Part shown: piece after piece, positions 31,435 through 43,051 of the stretch
Position numbering within the stretch: position 1 is the first letter of the stretch
Layout: each line of letters starts with the position of its first letter
Assembly: GCA_023387935.1 (NCBI GenBank)
Contig: JAEWHG010000131.1
Coordinates: 15,278 to 79,277 of the forward strand
Length of the DNA stretch: 64,000 nt
From: Bacillota bacterium
Lineage (GTDB): Bacteria; Bacillota; Clostridia; Peptostreptococcales; Natronincolaceae
Direction: 5' to 3'
Program-made: the position numbers and the translations under genes
The notes under the pieces: model-generated
What the model was told of the DNA's origin: nothing
The model's input: the letters and a program-made list of their open reading frames with translations, nothing else
Database searches by the model: none

Positions 31435-32703
31435 TTATTCTTTTTCGTAATATGGACTAAGAACATAATCTAGCTGCCCTTTGATATGAAACTGTTTTTT
31501 GAATCCTAAAGAATAGATATTTGTTGAGCGAATATCTATATCTAACATTTTTTGAGCAGCTATATTTTGTGGGTTATAATGCTTCAAATTAGATATTATT
31601 GGTATTTTAGATGTTGATTTTAAGTTTTTTAGTATTTCTCTTCCTTTGTGATTAAATGCAAGGATACGAGCATATTGAGGGCCTCCACTCTTATTAAAAT
31701 ATAAAATATCATCCTTTTTAATATTTAATAAAATATGAATTAAAATACGTTGGATTCTTGTCAAGGTATATCGTTTGCTTTTAATGCAATTATAAAGCTC
31801 GTCCAATGTATTTGCGTTATTTGAGCATGTATAGATTTTATTTTCTAACCCTTCCACTACATCAAAAACATTTTTCATATCATCTAAATTACTTCGTCTT
31901 AATATGGCTAATATGGCTTGCTGAAAATCTGTATGAAAAATAGGCGCCATATCTTTATCTATAGAAGCAGATAAAATATTAAAAGTATTTTCAGGGACAA
32001 CGGAACTAATTTCCATTAGATCCTTTTTATTAAAAAGATGCTCCCTAATTGCAGTAGCACTTGCAATATCAGAATTACTGATATCTTTACTGTGATAGTG
32101 TGCAGATTTTCTTAATATAGTATAGGGTATAATTGAACTGTTAAGATGCTTAAGGGCTTTTAAATATTCAATACCTAAAATATTGTTAGGATTTTTCATA
32201 ATACTACTTATTAAATTTAAGTTTTCTTCATTATATCCTTTTACTTCTTTAAAATATTGAACTATAGCCATAGACCTAGCAACAGGAAATGTAGAACCTA
32301 AGTTAATGCAACTCTTTAATATTTCTTCAAATTCAGAAGAAGGATTTGTTAGCACATCAACAATTTCAAACAATATATTCATATTTCCAATTTCACTACC
32401 AAAGCTAATGCATTCAACAACGCCTAAATTATCAAGTAAGCTGATAGCTCCATATGCAAATAACTCTGCGGTGGCACATGCATAGGGTGTAGGGATTTCA
32501 ATCACTAAGTCTACACCGGATTTTACTGCCATTTTAGCTCGTTCCCATTTATGAATTATGGCAGGTTCTCCTCTTTGTAAAAAATTACCACTCATTACTG
32601 CGATGGTATGTGTAGCGCCAGTAAGTTGCTTAGATTTTTTTAAATGGTATAAGTGCCCATTGTGGAAAGGATTATATTCTGTAATTAGACCTAAAATTTT
32701 CAT
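31435..32703 (-). CDS. tmcAL: tRNA(Met) cytidine acetate ligase (HIGH nucleotidyltransferase, YlbM)
   Basis: [46 protein letters not shown]. Confidence 0.9.
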   Translation of the reverse strand: MKILGLITEYNPFHNGHLYHLKKSKQLTGATHTIAVMSGNFLQRGEPAIIHKWERAKMAVKSGVDLVIEIPTPYACATAELFAYGAISLLDNLGVVECISFGSEIGNMNILFEIVDVLTNPSSEFEEILKSCINLGSTFPVARSMAIVQYFKEVKGYNEENLNLISSIMKNPNNILGIEYLKALKHLNSSIIPYTILRKSAHYHSKDISNSDIASATAIREHLFNKKDLMEISSVVPENTFNILSASIDKDMAPIFHTDFQQAILAILRRSNLDDMKNVFDVVEGLENKIYTCSNNANTLDELYNCIKSKRYTLTRIQRILIHILLNIKKDDILYFNKSGGPQYARILAFNHKGREILKNLKSTSKIPIISNLKHYNPQNIAAQKMLDIDIRSTNIYSLGFKKQFHIKGQLDYVLSPYYEKE

Positions 32704-32804
32704 AGTACCTCCAAAAAGTTTTATATTATTATTTTAATAAATAATACTGATTTTGGTAAGACTTAAAATTAAATATTAATTTATTAAAAAAATGTTAAAA
32801 AAAC

Positions 32805-32833
32805 TTGAAAATATCATAATAATTTATTATGAT
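32805..32833 (+). promoter_or_regulatory. sigmaA promoter for ackA
   Basis: TTGAAA-17 bp-TATGAT. Confidence 0.55.
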
Positions 32834-32901
32834 TGATATGTTACAGTTTTATGTTATACAAAATACATAGAATATATATATAAAAACAAGGAGGGTATTC
32901 A

Positions 32902-34095
32902 ATGAAAATTTTAGTAGTGAACTGTGGTAGTTCTTCATTAAAATATCAATTTATTAATATGGAAAATGAAGAAGTAATAGCAAAGGGTTTAGCTGAAAGA
33001 ATCGGAATTGAAGGTTCTGTGGTTAAACATGAAACTATCGGTAAAGATAAAGTTGTTATCGAAGAAAAAATGGACGACCATAAGGCAGCAATTCAAATTG
33101 TGCTAAATGCATTAGTAGATCCTAACTATGGGGCTATTAAATCAATGGATGAAATATCTGCAGTTGGTCATCGTGTAGTTCATGGTGGTGAGGAATTTTC
33201 AGATTCAGTGCTTATAACAGAGGAAGTAAAAAAAGCATTAGAAAAATGCTCCGATATTGCTCCATTACATAACCCACCAAATTTAATGGGAATTTACGCT
33301 TGTGAAGAAATACTACCAAATGTTCCAATGGTAGGTGTGTTTGATACTGCATTCCATCAAACAATGCCTAATGACTCATTTATATATGCACTGCCATATG
33401 AATTGTATGAAACACATAGAATCAGAAGATATGGATTCCACGGAACATCTCATAAATATGTAGCTAATAAAGCTGCCGAAATTCTTGGAAATCCTATTGA
33501 AAATTTAAAAATAATTACTTGTCACTTAGGAAATGGTGCAAGTATTACTGCTGTAGATGGTGGAAAATCTGTAGATACAAGTATGGGCTTTACTCCATTA
33601 GAGGGACTAGCTATGGGAACAAGATGTGGTGATATAGATCCTGCAATTATTACGTTTCTAATGGAAAAAGAGAATCTATCTAGCGCACAGGTTAATGAAA
33701 TAATGAATAAAAAGTCTGGAGTTTTAGGAATCTCAGGAGTTAGTAGTGACTTTAGAGATATAGAACAAGCTGCTGAAGAAGGAAATGAAAGAGCTCAATT
33801 AGCACTTAATGTATATCACAAGAAGGTTACTAAATACATTGGTTCTTATGCTGCTGAAATGGGTGGGGTAGATGCAATCGTATTTACAGCTGGATTAGGA
33901 GAAAACTCTCCTGATACACGTAAAGAGGTTTGCAAGAACCTTGAATTCTTAGGAATAAAAATTGATGACGAGAAGAATAATGTAAGAGGAAAAGAAAGAA
34001 TTGTAAGTACGGATGATTCTAAGGTTAAAGTATTATTAATACCTACAAATGAAGAGCTTGCTATTGCACGTGAAACTAAAAATATAGTAAAATAA
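32902..34095 (+). CDS. ackA: Acetate kinase
   Basis: [42 protein letters not shown]. Confidence 0.97.
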   Translation: MKILVVNCGSSSLKYQFINMENEEVIAKGLAERIGIEGSVVKHETIGKDKVVIEEKMDDHKAAIQIVLNALVDPNYGAIKSMDEISAVGHRVVHGGEEFSDSVLITEEVKKALEKCSDIAPLHNPPNLMGIYACEEILPNVPMVGVFDTAFHQTMPNDSFIYALPYELYETHRIRRYGFHGTSHKYVANKAAEILGNPIENLKIITCHLGNGASITAVDGGKSVDTSMGFTPLEGLAMGTRCGDIDPAIITFLMEKENLSSAQVNEIMNKKSGVLGISGVSSDFRDIEQAAEEGNERAQLALNVYHKKVTKYIGSYAAEMGGVDAIVFTAGLGENSPDTRKEVCKNLEFLGIKIDDEKNNVRGKERIVSTDDSKVKVLLIPTNEELAIARETKNIVK

Positions 34096-34099
34096 TATT

Positions 34100-34123
34100 A
34101 AAGGGTAGGGCTTCCTACCTTTT
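34100..34123 (+). terminator. Intrinsic terminator after ackA
   Basis: AAAGGGTAGG-GCTT-CCTACCTTTT. Confidence 0.65.
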
Positions 34124-34191
34124 GAAATTTAATATTAAGAAAACTTAATGTAGTTGCAATAATAGAACTCTTTGCTATCAAGATAAAATAC

Positions 34192-34220
34192 TTGACAAAC
34201 AAAAAAATCATTTGTATAAT
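34192..34220 (+). promoter_or_regulatory. Perfect-consensus sigmaA promoter for yceD-rpmF
   Basis: TTGACA-17 bp-TATAAT; the ORF track's TTG start at 34192 is actually this -35 box. Confidence 0.85.
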
Positions 34221-34251
34221 CAATCTTAGCGATATGATCGAGGTGATGGCT

Positions 34252-34788
34252 ATGAAATTTGATATAGATAATATGAAAAAAGGGGATAAGAAAACCCTAA
34301 ATTTAGATTTCGCCTTAGATCTTGATACCATTGATTATTATGGTGATATCATAAATGTAGTGTCACCTGTTGATGTGAATGGTACAATATATGTAATTGA
34401 TGATAGGCTGTATATAAATTTAGGAATTAAAGCAGATATGCAGGTAAACTGTAGTCGGTGTCTTGAATCCTTTACCTATCAATTTAAATCAAGTATAAAT
34501 GCAGAGTTTGTTCGTGATAATTCATCTACTCCTCCTGTTGAAGAGTTAGATGAAGATATAATTTATTATAAAGAAAGCACTGTGGATCTTGATGAATTAA
34601 TAAAAGAAAATATTATCATGAACATTCCAATGAAACTTGTATGTGATAAAAGTTGTCAAGGGCTTTGCTCAATCTGTGGCAAAAAATTAAAAGATAGTTC
34701 ATGCGATTGTTATGAAAATGAGCAATCTCAAAATGAATATCTGGATCCTAGATTAGCTAAGCTTAAGGAATTGTTAGAACAAGATTAA
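34252..34788 (+). CDS. yceD: DUF177/YceD protein (23S rRNA accumulation)
   Basis: CSRCL, PMKLVC...[16 protein letters not shown]; upstream of rpmF; start after GAGGTG. Confidence 0.9.
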   Translation: MKFDIDNMKKGDKKTLNLDFALDLDTIDYYGDIINVVSPVDVNGTIYVIDDRLYINLGIKADMQVNCSRCLESFTYQFKSSINAEFVRDNSSTPPVEELDEDIIYYKESTVDLDELIKENIIMNIPMKLVCDKSCQGLCSICGKKLKDSSCDCYENEQSQNEYLDPRLAKLKELLEQD

Positions 34789-34801
34789 GGAGGTGTTAAG
34801 C

Positions 34802-34981
34802 ATGGCGGTACCAAAGCGAAAAACTGGAAAATCTAAAAGAAATATGAGAAGAGCTGCTAACTCAAAATATACTGCAGTAGGTGTTGTAAAATGCCCACAG
34901 TGTCACGAGCCAAAGTTACCTCACAGAGTATGTCCTGAATGTGGATATTACAAAAACAAAGAGGTTGTTGCAGCTCAATAA
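34802..34981 (+). CDS. rpmF: 50S ribosomal protein L32
   Basis: [26 protein letters not shown]. Confidence 0.96.
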   Translation: MAVPKRKTGKSKRNMRRAANSKYTAVGVVKCPQCHEPKLPHRVCPECGYYKNKEVVAAQ

Positions 34982-35000
34982 TATATTATATAAATATAGG

Positions 35001-35049
35001 AAAAATAGTAATGTATACATTTATGAATGTAGTGCATTACTATTTTTTT
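35001..35049 (+). terminator. Terminator after rpmF
   Basis: AAAAATAGTAATGTA...TGCATTACTATTTTTTT long stem with T tail. Confidence 0.65.
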
Positions 35050-35120
35050 ATTCTAATTTAGATATTACTATTACATAAAGATATCTAATGTAAAATATTT
35101 TTTAAAAAAATATATAATAC

Positions 35121-35149
35121 TTGATTTTTTTAAAAATAGAATGTATACT
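35121..35149 (+). promoter_or_regulatory. sigmaA promoter of the fapR-plsX-fab operon
   Basis: TTGATT-17 bp-TATACT. Confidence 0.65.
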
Positions 35150-35154
35150 TTATA

Positions 35155-35171
35155 TTATAACCAGGTACTAA
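35155..35171. promoter_or_regulatory. FapR operator
   Basis: 17-bp imperfect palindrome TTATAACCAGGTACTAA at the predicted transcription start, resembling the TTAGTA-N5-TACTAA FapR box; extra half-site TTAGTACT follows. Confidence 0.7.
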
Positions 35172-35199
35172 TTTTTAGTACTAAGTCGAGGTGACTATA

Positions 35200-35769
35200 T
35201 TGAATAAAACTATAAAACTAAGCAAAACCAACAGACAAAGTAAGTTATTGGAATTATTAAAGGAAGATCCGTTTGTAACGGATGAAGATTTATCGGAAGC
35301 TTTTAAAGTTAGTATACAAACGATTCGACTAGATCGACTAGAACTGGGGATTCCTGAACTTAGACAACGTATTAAAAATGTTGCAGAAAAAAACTATGAA
35401 AAGGTTCGTAGTATAGTTGGTACTGAAATTGTTGGAGAGTTGGTTGATTTAAATCTAGGAACTAGCGGGATATCTATTTTAGAGACAACGGCTGAAATGG
35501 CTTTTAGTAAAACGAATATAGTGAGAGGCCATCATATTTTTTCCCAGGCTGAATCATTAGCTATGGCTGTAGTAGATGCAGAAGTAGCATTAACGGGAGT
35601 TTCTAATATTAAATATCTAAGCCCTGTAAGTGCGGGTGACAAACTGATAGCTAAAGCTGAAGTTACCAGAGTTAGGGGTAACAATCATTTTGTACATGTT
35701 AAAGTATACGTTAACCAAATACAAGTATTTAGGGGTAAGTTCATATTGGTAATAATAAAAAGTAGATAA
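35200..35769 (+). CDS. fapR: Fatty acid biosynthesis repressor FapR
   Basis: PFVTDEDL...[22 protein letters not shown] plus thioesterase-like domain (RGHHIFSQA); TTG start after GAGGTG. Confidence 0.94.
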   Translation: MNKTIKLSKTNRQSKLLELLKEDPFVTDEDLSEAFKVSIQTIRLDRLELGIPELRQRIKNVAEKNYEKVRSIVGTEIVGELVDLNLGTSGISILETTAEMAFSKTNIVRGHHIFSQAESLAMAVVDAEVALTGVSNIKYLSPVSAGDKLIAKAEVTRVRGNNHFVHVKVYVNQIQVFRGKFILVIIKSR

Positions 35770-35780
35770 GGAGGCCAAAT

Positions 35781-36788
35781 ATGAAAGTCGTTATTGATGC
35801 AATGGGAGGAGATCATGCTCCATTTGTTACGGTTCAAGGAGCAGTAGAGGCTGTTAAGAGTTATGATGTCAATATTATTTTAACAGGTAACCAACCTATG
35901 ATAGAAAGTGAATTAGCAAAATATGAATATCCAAAGGAAAAAATTGAAATAGTTCACTGTAGTGAAAGGATTACAAATGAAGATAAACCTGTAATTTCTA
36001 TTAGAAAGAAAAAAGATTCTTCCATGGTTGTAGCATTGAAACTGGTGAAAGAAAAGAAAGCAGATGCTATTATATCAGCTGGAAATTCGGGAGCATTATT
36101 AGCGGGAGGATTACTGGTGTTAGGAAGAATTAAGGGAATAGATCGTCCGGCTCTTGCGCCTGTATATCCAACAACTAAAGGGGTTTCTGTACTTATAGAT
36201 GCAGGTGCTAATGCTGATTGCAAACCTAGAAATTTCTTGGAATTTGGAATGATGGGTAGTATCTATGCTGAAAAGGTGCTTGGTATTAAAAAACCAAGGG
36301 TGTGCACTGTTAATATTGGAATAGAAGAAGAAAAGGGAAGCGATCTTGTAAAAGCAGCGCATGCCCTTTGTAAAGAAGGTCCCTTTAATTTTCAAGGGAA
36401 TGTGGAAGCTAGAGATATACCTAGTGGATATGCAGATGTTATTGTATGTGATGGATTTACTGGTAATGTTATTCTAAAGCTAACTGAAGGTTTAGCATCT
36501 TCTATTTTTAGTATGTTAAAGGAAGAGTTTTTTAAGAACACTTTTAGAAAGATTGGCGCACTTATTTTGAAATCTAGTCTAAAAGATTTTAAAAAGAAAA
36601 TTGATTATGCTGAATATGGCGGAGCACCACTTTTAGGTGTTAAAGGTGTATTAATCAAAGCTCACGGAAGTTCCGATGGAAAAGCTATAAAAAACGCAGT
36701 AAGACAGTCGATTAAATTTATTAATAATAATGTAATTGAAGACATTGCTAGTGAAATTACTAGTTTAGGAGTTGATACACTTGAATAA
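35781..36788 (+). CDS. plsX: Phosphate acyltransferase
   Basis: [38 protein letters not shown]. Confidence 0.96.
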   Translation: MKVVIDAMGGDHAPFVTVQGAVEAVKSYDVNIILTGNQPMIESELAKYEYPKEKIEIVHCSERITNEDKPVISIRKKKDSSMVVALKLVKEKKADAIISAGNSGALLAGGLLVLGRIKGIDRPALAPVYPTTKGVSVLIDAGANADCKPRNFLEFGMMGSIYAEKVLGIKKPRVCTVNIGIEEEKGSDLVKAAHALCKEGPFNFQGNVEARDIPSGYADVIVCDGFTGNVILKLTEGLASSIFSMLKEEFFKNTFRKIGALILKSSLKDFKKKIDYAEYGGAPLLGVKGVLIKAHGSSDGKAIKNAVRQSIKFINNNVIEDIASEITSLGVDTLE

Positions 36789-37776
36789 ATTTATTTCAGT
36801 TGGTATCACGGGCACAGGAAGTTATCTTCCAGAGAAAATACGAACTAATTTTGAACTAGAAAATATGGTAGATACAACTGATGAGTGGATTATAACTAGG
36901 ACAGGAATATCAGAGCGTAGGATTGCTGACGATAAATCTGCTACATCAGATTTGGCTACAGGTGCTGCTATTAAAGCAATTGAAGCTGCAGGCTTATCCC
37001 CTGATGATATCGATTTAATTGTAGTGGCTACAGTAACGCCAGATATGGCTTTTCCTTCTACAGCTTGTATCGTCCAAAAGAATATAGGAGCAAAAAATGC
37101 TGTAGCTTTTGATATTGAAGCAGCATGCTCAGGCTTTATTTATGGCATGACAATTGGAGAACAGTTCATTAAAACTGGTTTATATAAAAATGTGTTAGTA
37201 ATTGGGGCTGAAACCTTAAGTAAAATCCTTAACTGGAATGATAGAAACACCTGTGTTTTATTTGGAGATGGGGCTGGAGCTGTTGTATTGCAACCAGTGA
37301 AAGATGGGTATGGAATACTATCGAGCAGTCTAGGAGCGGATGGAGCTGGTGGAGATTATTTAACAGTGCCAGCAGGTGGATCTAGAATGCCAACATCTAT
37401 TGAAACTGTAAGTAACAACTTGCATTATGTGCAAATGGATGGAAGTGAGGTTTTTAAATTTGCTGTAAGAATTATGGCAAAATCTGCTTTGCAAGCCATT
37501 GAAAATAGTGGTCTTAGTTTAGAGGACATCGACTATATGGTTCCCCACCAAGCTAATATAAGAATTATAGAGGCTGCCGCAAAGCGGCTTAATCTAGATA
37601 TCAGCAAAGTACATGTCAACTTAAATAATTATGGCAATATGTCTGCAGCCTCTGTTCCAGTTGCTTTAGATGAAGCTGTTAGACAAGGCAAAATTAAAGA
37701 AGGGCAAATCGTAACTTTAGTTGCTTTTGGTGGAGGCTTAACATGGGGCTCCTCTGTAATTAGATGGGCAAAATAG
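36781..37776 (+). CDS. fabH: 3-oxoacyl-ACP synthase III
   Basis: [40 protein letters not shown]. Confidence 0.96.
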   Translation: MNKFISVGITGTGSYLPEKIRTNFELENMVDTTDEWIITRTGISERRIADDKSATSDLATGAAIKAIEAAGLSPDDIDLIVVATVTPDMAFPSTACIVQKNIGAKNAVAFDIEAACSGFIYGMTIGEQFIKTGLYKNVLVIGAETLSKILNWNDRNTCVLFGDGAGAVVLQPVKDGYGILSSSLGADGAGGDYLTVPAGGSRMPTSIETVSNNLHYVQMDGSEVFKFAVRIMAKSALQAIENSGLSLEDIDYMVPHQANIRIIEAAAKRLNLDISKVHVNLNNYGNMSAASVPVALDEAVRQGKIKEGQIVTLVAFGGGLTWGSSVIRWAK

Positions 37777-37842
37777 TTCTTGTCTAGTAATATTATCAAT
37801 TACTAGTGGTACTAGGTTTCATATTGTATGGGAGGTAAATGC

Positions 37843-38793
37843 ATGTTTAAAACAAGAATTTGTAAAATATTAAATATTGAATATCCTATTATACAGGGTG
37901 GCATGGCTTGGGTTGCTACGGCTGAACTTGCTGCCGCTGTTTCAGAAGCAGGAGGATTGGGCATGATTGGTGCAGGGAATGCTCCTGGAGAAGTTGTAGA
38001 GAGGGAAATTCTAAAAATAAAAAAAATGACGAATAAACCATTTGGTGTAAACATTATGCTATTATCCCCCTTTGTTGATGAAGTAGTAGATATTGTTTGT
38101 AAATATGGGGTTTCAGTAGTTACAACTGGTGCAGGAAACCCTGGCAGATTTATGGAAAAATTTAAAAATATTGGTACAAAGGTTATTCCTGTCATTCCAT
38201 CTGTTGCACTTGCAAAAAGAATGGAAGCTTTAGGTGCAGATGCATTAGTAGTGGAAGGAACTGAAGCCGGTGGACATATAGGAGAGCTTACTACAATGGC
38301 ACTAACACCACAGGTAGTGGACGCAGTTAGTATACCTGTTATCGCAGCTGGAGGAATTGGAGATGGCAGAGGATTACTGGCAGCCCTATCCTTAGGTGCC
38401 GAAGGTGTACAGATGGGAACAAGATTTGTTTGTGCTGAAGAATGTATAGCTCACATTAACTATAAACAAAAAATAATTGATGCTAAGGATAGAGATGCAG
38501 TTGTTACTGCAAGGGTAACGGGACATCCTGTAAGAGTCCTAAAGAACAAATTAGCAAGAGACTTTAATAAATTAGAGAAAGATGGAGTCACTGCAGAAGA
38601 AATAGAGAAATTAGGTCAAGGTAAGCTTAAAATAGCAGTAATTGATGGAGAAGTAGAAAATGGATCTGTAATGGCAGGCCAGATTGCTGGTATGGTTTCT
38701 AAAATTCAGCCATGTAAGGAAATAATAGAAGAAATTATATTAGATGCACAGAAGCAACTTGCTTTTGTGAGTAAGCTTAATAGGGAGGAATAA
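37843..38793 (+). CDS. fabK: Enoyl-ACP reductase II (FMN-dependent)
   Basis: YPIIQGGMAWVA, EGTEAGGHIG, AAGGIGDGRG, GSVMAGQ; inside the fab operon. Confidence 0.92.
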   Translation: MFKTRICKILNIEYPIIQGGMAWVATAELAAAVSEAGGLGMIGAGNAPGEVVEREILKIKKMTNKPFGVNIMLLSPFVDEVVDIVCKYGVSVVTTGAGNPGRFMEKFKNIGTKVIPVIPSVALAKRMEALGADALVVEGTEAGGHIGELTTMALTPQVVDAVSIPVIAAGGIGDGRGLLAALSLGAEGVQMGTRFVCAEECIAHINYKQKIIDAKDRDAVVTARVTGHPVRVLKNKLARDFNKLEKDGVTAEEIEKLGQGKLKIAVIDGEVENGSVMAGQIAGMVSKIQPCKEIIEEIILDAQKQLAFVSKLNREE

Positions 38794-38795
38794 CC

Positions 38796-39746
38796 GTGGG
38801 GAAAATAGCATTTGTTTTTCCGGGTCAAGGTGCCCAATATGTAGGAATGGGAAAAGATTTTTTCGAAAACTTTTCTATTGCCAAGAGTATCTTTGATGAA
38901 GCTAGCAATGAAATAAATACGGATATGGAAAAACTTTGTTTTGAAGGACCAGAACATGAATTAATGAAGACGGAGAATACCCAACCTGCTATTCTAACTA
39001 CTTCAATTGCGATGTTAAAGGTATTGGAAAATGAGGGTTTTGACTGCAGTATAACTGCAGGCTTAAGCTTAGGTGAGTATGCTTCATTAGTTAAATCTAA
39101 AGTGCTTTCCTTTAAAGATGCAGTTCGATTAGTAAAAAATAGAGGGAAGTATATGCAGGAAGAAGTGCCTATGGGAGTAGGTACCATGGCAGCTATTTTA
39201 GGATTAGATAGAGAGCAATTGCAATTATGTATAGAAAACACGAAGCAATATGGAATCGTTGAGGCAGCAAACTATAACAGTCCAGGTCAAATAGTTATTT
39301 CTGGTGAAGTAAAAGCAGTAGAGGCTGCTGTTAAAATGGCAGTTGACCTTGGAGCTAAAAAGGCTGTTATATTACCAGTTAGCGCACCTTTTCACTGTAG
39401 TTTACTCAGAGGAGCTGGTGAAAAGTTAAAGAAAGATCTTGAACTATTGGAAATTAATGATCCTCAGGTTCCTATTGTAACTAATGTAGAAGCAGCCATA
39501 TTATCTTCTAGAATTAAGGTTATACCATCTTTAGTTCAGCAAATAAGCAAATCTGTACTATGGGAAGACTCTATCTCATTAATGTTAAATGAAGGAGTAG
39601 ATCATTTTATAGAAATTGGCCCAGGTAACGCATTATCTTCTTTTATAAAAAGAATAGCTAAAACAAAAGAGAAGAAGGTAAAAACTTATAATGTAGAGGA
39701 CGTTAATAGCTTTAAGGAATTATTACAAGCAAAATTGGAGGTGTAA
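38796..39746 (+). CDS. fabD: Malonyl-CoA:ACP transacylase
   Basis: FPGQGAQ, TQPAI, GLSLGEY, VSAPFH. Confidence 0.96.
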   Translation: MGKIAFVFPGQGAQYVGMGKDFFENFSIAKSIFDEASNEINTDMEKLCFEGPEHELMKTENTQPAILTTSIAMLKVLENEGFDCSITAGLSLGEYASLVKSKVLSFKDAVRLVKNRGKYMQEEVPMGVGTMAAILGLDREQLQLCIENTKQYGIVEAANYNSPGQIVISGEVKAVEAAVKMAVDLGAKKAVILPVSAPFHCSLLRGAGEKLKKDLELLEINDPQVPIVTNVEAAILSSRIKVIPSLVQQISKSVLWEDSISLMLNEGVDHFIEIGPGNALSSFIKRIAKTKEKKVKTYNVEDVNSFKELLQAKLEV

Positions 39747-39748
39747 AT

Positions 39749-40492
39749 TTGAATCTAGTAGGTAAAACAGCCTTAGTAACAGGCGGATCTAGAGGAATAG
39801 GTAGATCAATTGCCTTAGCCCTAGCTAACGAGGGCGCCAATGTTATTATAAACTATACAAGTAATGAAGAAAGGGCGCTTAAGGTTGTAGAGGAAATTGA
39901 AAGCTTTAATGTTAAAGCCTTAGCCATTAAAGCAAATGTTTCTAGAACAGAAGAAATAAAAGAAATGATGGATAGAATTGAAGAAGTGTTTGATGGTATT
40001 GATATTTTAGTTAACAATGCAGGAATTACACGTGATAACTTAGTTATCAAAATGAAAGAAGAGGACTGGGATCAGGTAATGGATATAAACTTAAAGGGTG
40101 TATTCCTATGCACGAAAGCAGTCCTTAGAAAAATGATAAAACAAAAACATGGTAGGATTATTAATTTATCATCAGTAGTAGGTGTTGTAGGGAACCCTGG
40201 TCAAGTAAATTATTGTGCATCCAAAGCCGGTGTTATTGGTTTTACAAAATCACTTGCAAAAGAAGTAGCAGGAAAAAATATTACGGTAAATGCCATTGCA
40301 CCAGGATTTATTGAAACAGATATGACAAATGCCCTGCCTGATAAGGTAAAGGAAGCTATGGTGGAAGTAATTCCGATGAAAAAATATGGTAGACCTGAAG
40401 ATATTGCAAATTTAGCTGTGTTTTTAAGTGGTGATGGTGCTAACTATATTACCGGTCAAGTGATTCACGTAGATGGTGGAATGGCAATGTAG
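39749..40492 (+). CDS. fabG: 3-oxoacyl-ACP reductase
   Basis: TGGSRGIG, NNAGITRD, YCASK, PGFIETDMT. Confidence 0.95.
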   Translation: MNLVGKTALVTGGSRGIGRSIALALANEGANVIINYTSNEERALKVVEEIESFNVKALAIKANVSRTEEIKEMMDRIEEVFDGIDILVNNAGITRDNLVIKMKEEDWDQVMDINLKGVFLCTKAVLRKMIKQKHGRIINLSSVVGVVGNPGQVNYCASKAGVIGFTKSLAKEVAGKNITVNAIAPGFIETDMTNALPDKVKEAMVEVIPMKKYGRPEDIANLAVFLSGDGANYITGQVIHVDGGMAM

Positions 40493-40533
40493 TTTTAAAA
40501 TAAAAATAAAATAAAAAAATTGGAGGAATTTAT

Positions 40534-40764
40534 ATGTCATTTGAAAAAGTTGTTAAAATTATTGGGGATCAATTAGGAATAGAGGATGTTAGTGAAATTA
40601 CTAGAGGTACTTCTTTAATGAAGGATTTGGAAGCAGATTCATTAGATGCAGTTGAAATTGTTATGGGAATTGAGGATGAATTTGGTATTGAAATTCCAGA
40701 CGATGAAGCTGAGAAATTTAAAAATATTGGTGATATTGTTGATTATGTAGAATCAAATAAATAG
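40534..40764 (+). CDS. acpP: Acyl carrier protein
   Basis: DLEADSLDAVE phosphopantetheine site; acidic 76-aa protein. Confidence 0.96.
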   Translation: MSFEKVVKIIGDQLGIEDVSEITRGTSLMKDLEADSLDAVEIVMGIEDEFGIEIPDDEAEKFKNIGDIVDYVESNK

Positions 40765-40771
40765 TAAATTT

Positions 40772-40794
40772 AATCCCGATTTAGTCGGGATTTT
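40772..40794 (+). terminator. Hairpin/terminator between acpP and fabF
   Basis: AATCCCGAT-TTA-GTCGGGATTTT. Confidence 0.6.
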
Positions 40795-40814
40795 ATAATG
40801 AAGGAGTGTGCATT

Positions 40815-42053
40815 ATGAAAAGAAGAGTTGTTGTAACAGGAATGGGGTGTATTACTCCTGTTGGAATTGGAAAAGAAAAATTTTGGAACTCTTTAGTATC
40901 TGGTATCTCTGGAATTGATTATATTACTAGGTTTGATGCTGCTGAGTTTGCTACTAAAATTGCAGGTGAAGTAAAAGACTTTAATCCTGAGAATTATATT
41001 GAAAAAAGAGAAGTTAAAAGAATGGATAGATTTACGCAATTTGCTGTAGCTGCTTCAAAGATTGCAGTAGAGGATGCAAAGTTAGAGATAGACAATGTTA
41101 ATGCAGAACGCTTCGGTGTTGTTCTTGGCTCTGGAATCGGTGGAATGGAGACATTAGAAGAGCAGAGTAAAAAACTATTTGAAAAGGGTCCAAATAGAAT
41201 AAGTCCTCTTTTTATTCCAATGATGATATCCAATATTGGTTCAGGTCAAGTATCCATAGCTCTTGGCGCAAAAGGGCCTAATCAAACTGTGGTTACTGCC
41301 TGTGCATCAGCTACCAATGCCATTGGAGAAGCCTTTAGAATTATTCAAAACTCTGATGCGGATATAATGATTACTGGAGGTACGGAAGCATCTATTACAC
41401 CACTATCTATGGCAGGATTCTGCTCCATGAAAGCTATGTCAACTTATAATGATAATCCACAAGGCGCTAGTAGACCTTTTGATGCAAATAGAGATGGATT
41501 TGTAATGGGAGAAGGTGCTGGAATTCTTGTAATAGAAGAGTTAGACCATGCGATTAAAAGAGGTGCTACGATCTATGGAGAAATCGTAGGTTATGGTAGT
41601 AGCGCAGATGCTTTTCATATTACATCACCTGCACCGAATGGTGAAGGTGGTGCACGAGCCATGGTAAATGCATTAAAAGATGCAGAAATTACTCCGGAAA
41701 AAATAGATTATATCAATGCTCACGGAACAAGCACTCCTTATAATGACGAATTTGAAACGGAAGCAATTAAGAGTGTATTTAAAGATCATGCATATAAATT
41801 ATCTATTAACTCTACTAAATCTATGACAGGCCATCTTTTAGGTGCAGCTGGCGGAATAGAGGCAATTGTATGTATTATGTCTATTGGTGAGGGCACATTG
41901 CACCCTACAATAAATTACGAAACACCAGATCCAAAATGCGATTTAGATTATGTTCCGAATGTTGCTAAGAAACGAAATGTTAATTATGCCCTTTCGAATT
42001 CTTTGGGCTTTGGTGGCCACAATGCAACCATTATTTTTAAAAAATATGAATAG
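40815..42053 (+). CDS. fabF: 3-oxoacyl-ACP synthase II
   Basis: [44 protein letters not shown]. Confidence 0.96.
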   Translation: MKRRVVVTGMGCITPVGIGKEKFWNSLVSGISGIDYITRFDAAEFATKIAGEVKDFNPENYIEKREVKRMDRFTQFAVAASKIAVEDAKLEIDNVNAERFGVVLGSGIGGMETLEEQSKKLFEKGPNRISPLFIPMMISNIGSGQVSIALGAKGPNQTVVTACASATNAIGEAFRIIQNSDADIMITGGTEASITPLSMAGFCSMKAMSTYNDNPQGASRPFDANRDGFVMGEGAGILVIEELDHAIKRGATIYGEIVGYGSSADAFHITSPAPNGEGGARAMVNALKDAEITPEKIDYINAHGTSTPYNDEFETEAIKSVFKDHAYKLSINSTKSMTGHLLGAAGGIEAIVCIMSIGEGTLHPTINYETPDPKCDLDYVPNVAKKRNVNYALSNSLGFGGHNATIIFKKYE

Positions 42054-42073
42054 TCTCATATAAATATACTTAT

Positions 42074-42109
42074 TATAGGAAGAAGGAAAAAATCTTCCTA
42101 TATTTTTTT
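42074..42109 (+). terminator. Terminator after fabF
   Basis: TATAGGAAGA/TCTTCCTATA stem plus T7. Confidence 0.7.
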
Positions 42110-42118
42110 GAGTATTTA

Positions 42119-42267
42119 AAATTTAAAACGGAGTTTTCAAGTGAGCGACGCATAAAGTCTGTAAGTGTAAACGAACAAATTTTATTTTAAGCACTTGAAA
42201 TTTAAAATAGAGTTTTAAATTGAGTGTGCTATAAAGTTTGTGAGTGCTAAGGAACAAATTTTATTTT
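42119..42267. repeat. Two-copy diverged direct repeat, 79-bp period
   Basis: 42119-42188 and 42198-42267 align without gaps at about 56/70 identity (manual count). Confidence 0.8.
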
Positions 42268-42325
42268 TGCAATGAAGCTCATAACGTAGTACAATAAAGG
42301 AAACTTGGTTATACGGAGGTAGAAC

Positions 42326-43051
42326 ATGAAATTACATAATAATCGGATAGAAGAAATAAAAGAATTTCAAAATACAATAAAATATGAATTTAAAAATATA
42401 AATATTATAAATGAAGCCTTGACCCATAGTTCATATACGAATGAGTATAGAAAAAAACATGTTCAAAATAATGAGAGGCTAGAATTCTTAGGAGATTCTG
42501 TTTTAAGTATTGTAGTTAGTGAATACATTTATTTGAAATATAAAAATTTACCGGAAGGGGAACTTACAAAGGTTAGAGCTAATGTTGTATGTGAACCATC
42601 TTTAGCAAATCAGGCAAAGGAAATAAACTTAGGAAGATATTTATTATTAGGAAAAGGTGAAGAAGTAACAGGTGGAAGAGAAAGAGTATCCATACTTGCA
42701 GACGCTTTTGAAGCAGTCATAGGCGCATTATATTTAGATGGTGGAATGGACATAGCTGGTAAGTTTATTTTGAATATGTTGTCACATAGCATAGAATTAG
42801 CTAGTGAGGGTAATCTTTTTAGGGACTACAAAACAGATCTGCAAGAGTTATTACAGAGCAAATATGATGAGAAAATAAGCTATAGAGTAGTAGGGGAAAC
42901 TGGACCGGATCATAATAAAACTTTTGAAGTAGAAATAGTTCTAGGAAATATGTGCCTGGGCATTGGTCATGGAAAAAGTAAAAAGGAAGCAGAGCAACTG
43001 GCTGCTAAAAGTGCATTGGAAAAGGTGGATATGAAACATGAGAAAAAGTAA
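42326..43051 (+). CDS. rnc: Ribonuclease III
   Basis: ALTHSS, NERLEFLGDSVL, ADAFEA, C-terminal dsRBD (DYKT.LQE...GKSKKEAEQ). Confidence 0.97.
   Translation: MKLHNNRIEEIKEFQNTIKYEFKNINIINEALTHSSYTNEYRKKHVQNNERLEFLGDSVLSIVVSEYIYLKYKNLPEGELTKVRANVVCEPSLANQAKEINLGRYLLLGKGEEVTGGRERVSILADAFEAVIGALYLDGGMDIAGKFILNMLSHSIELASEGNLFRDYKTDLQELLQSKYDEKISYRVVGETGPDHNKTFEVEIVLGNMCLGIGHGKSKKEAEQLAAKSALEKVDMKHEKK

Noticed and set aside
42119..42267. Possible CRISPR mini-array
   Set aside because: Only two units, homologous along their whole length, with no unique spacers and no cas genes in the window.
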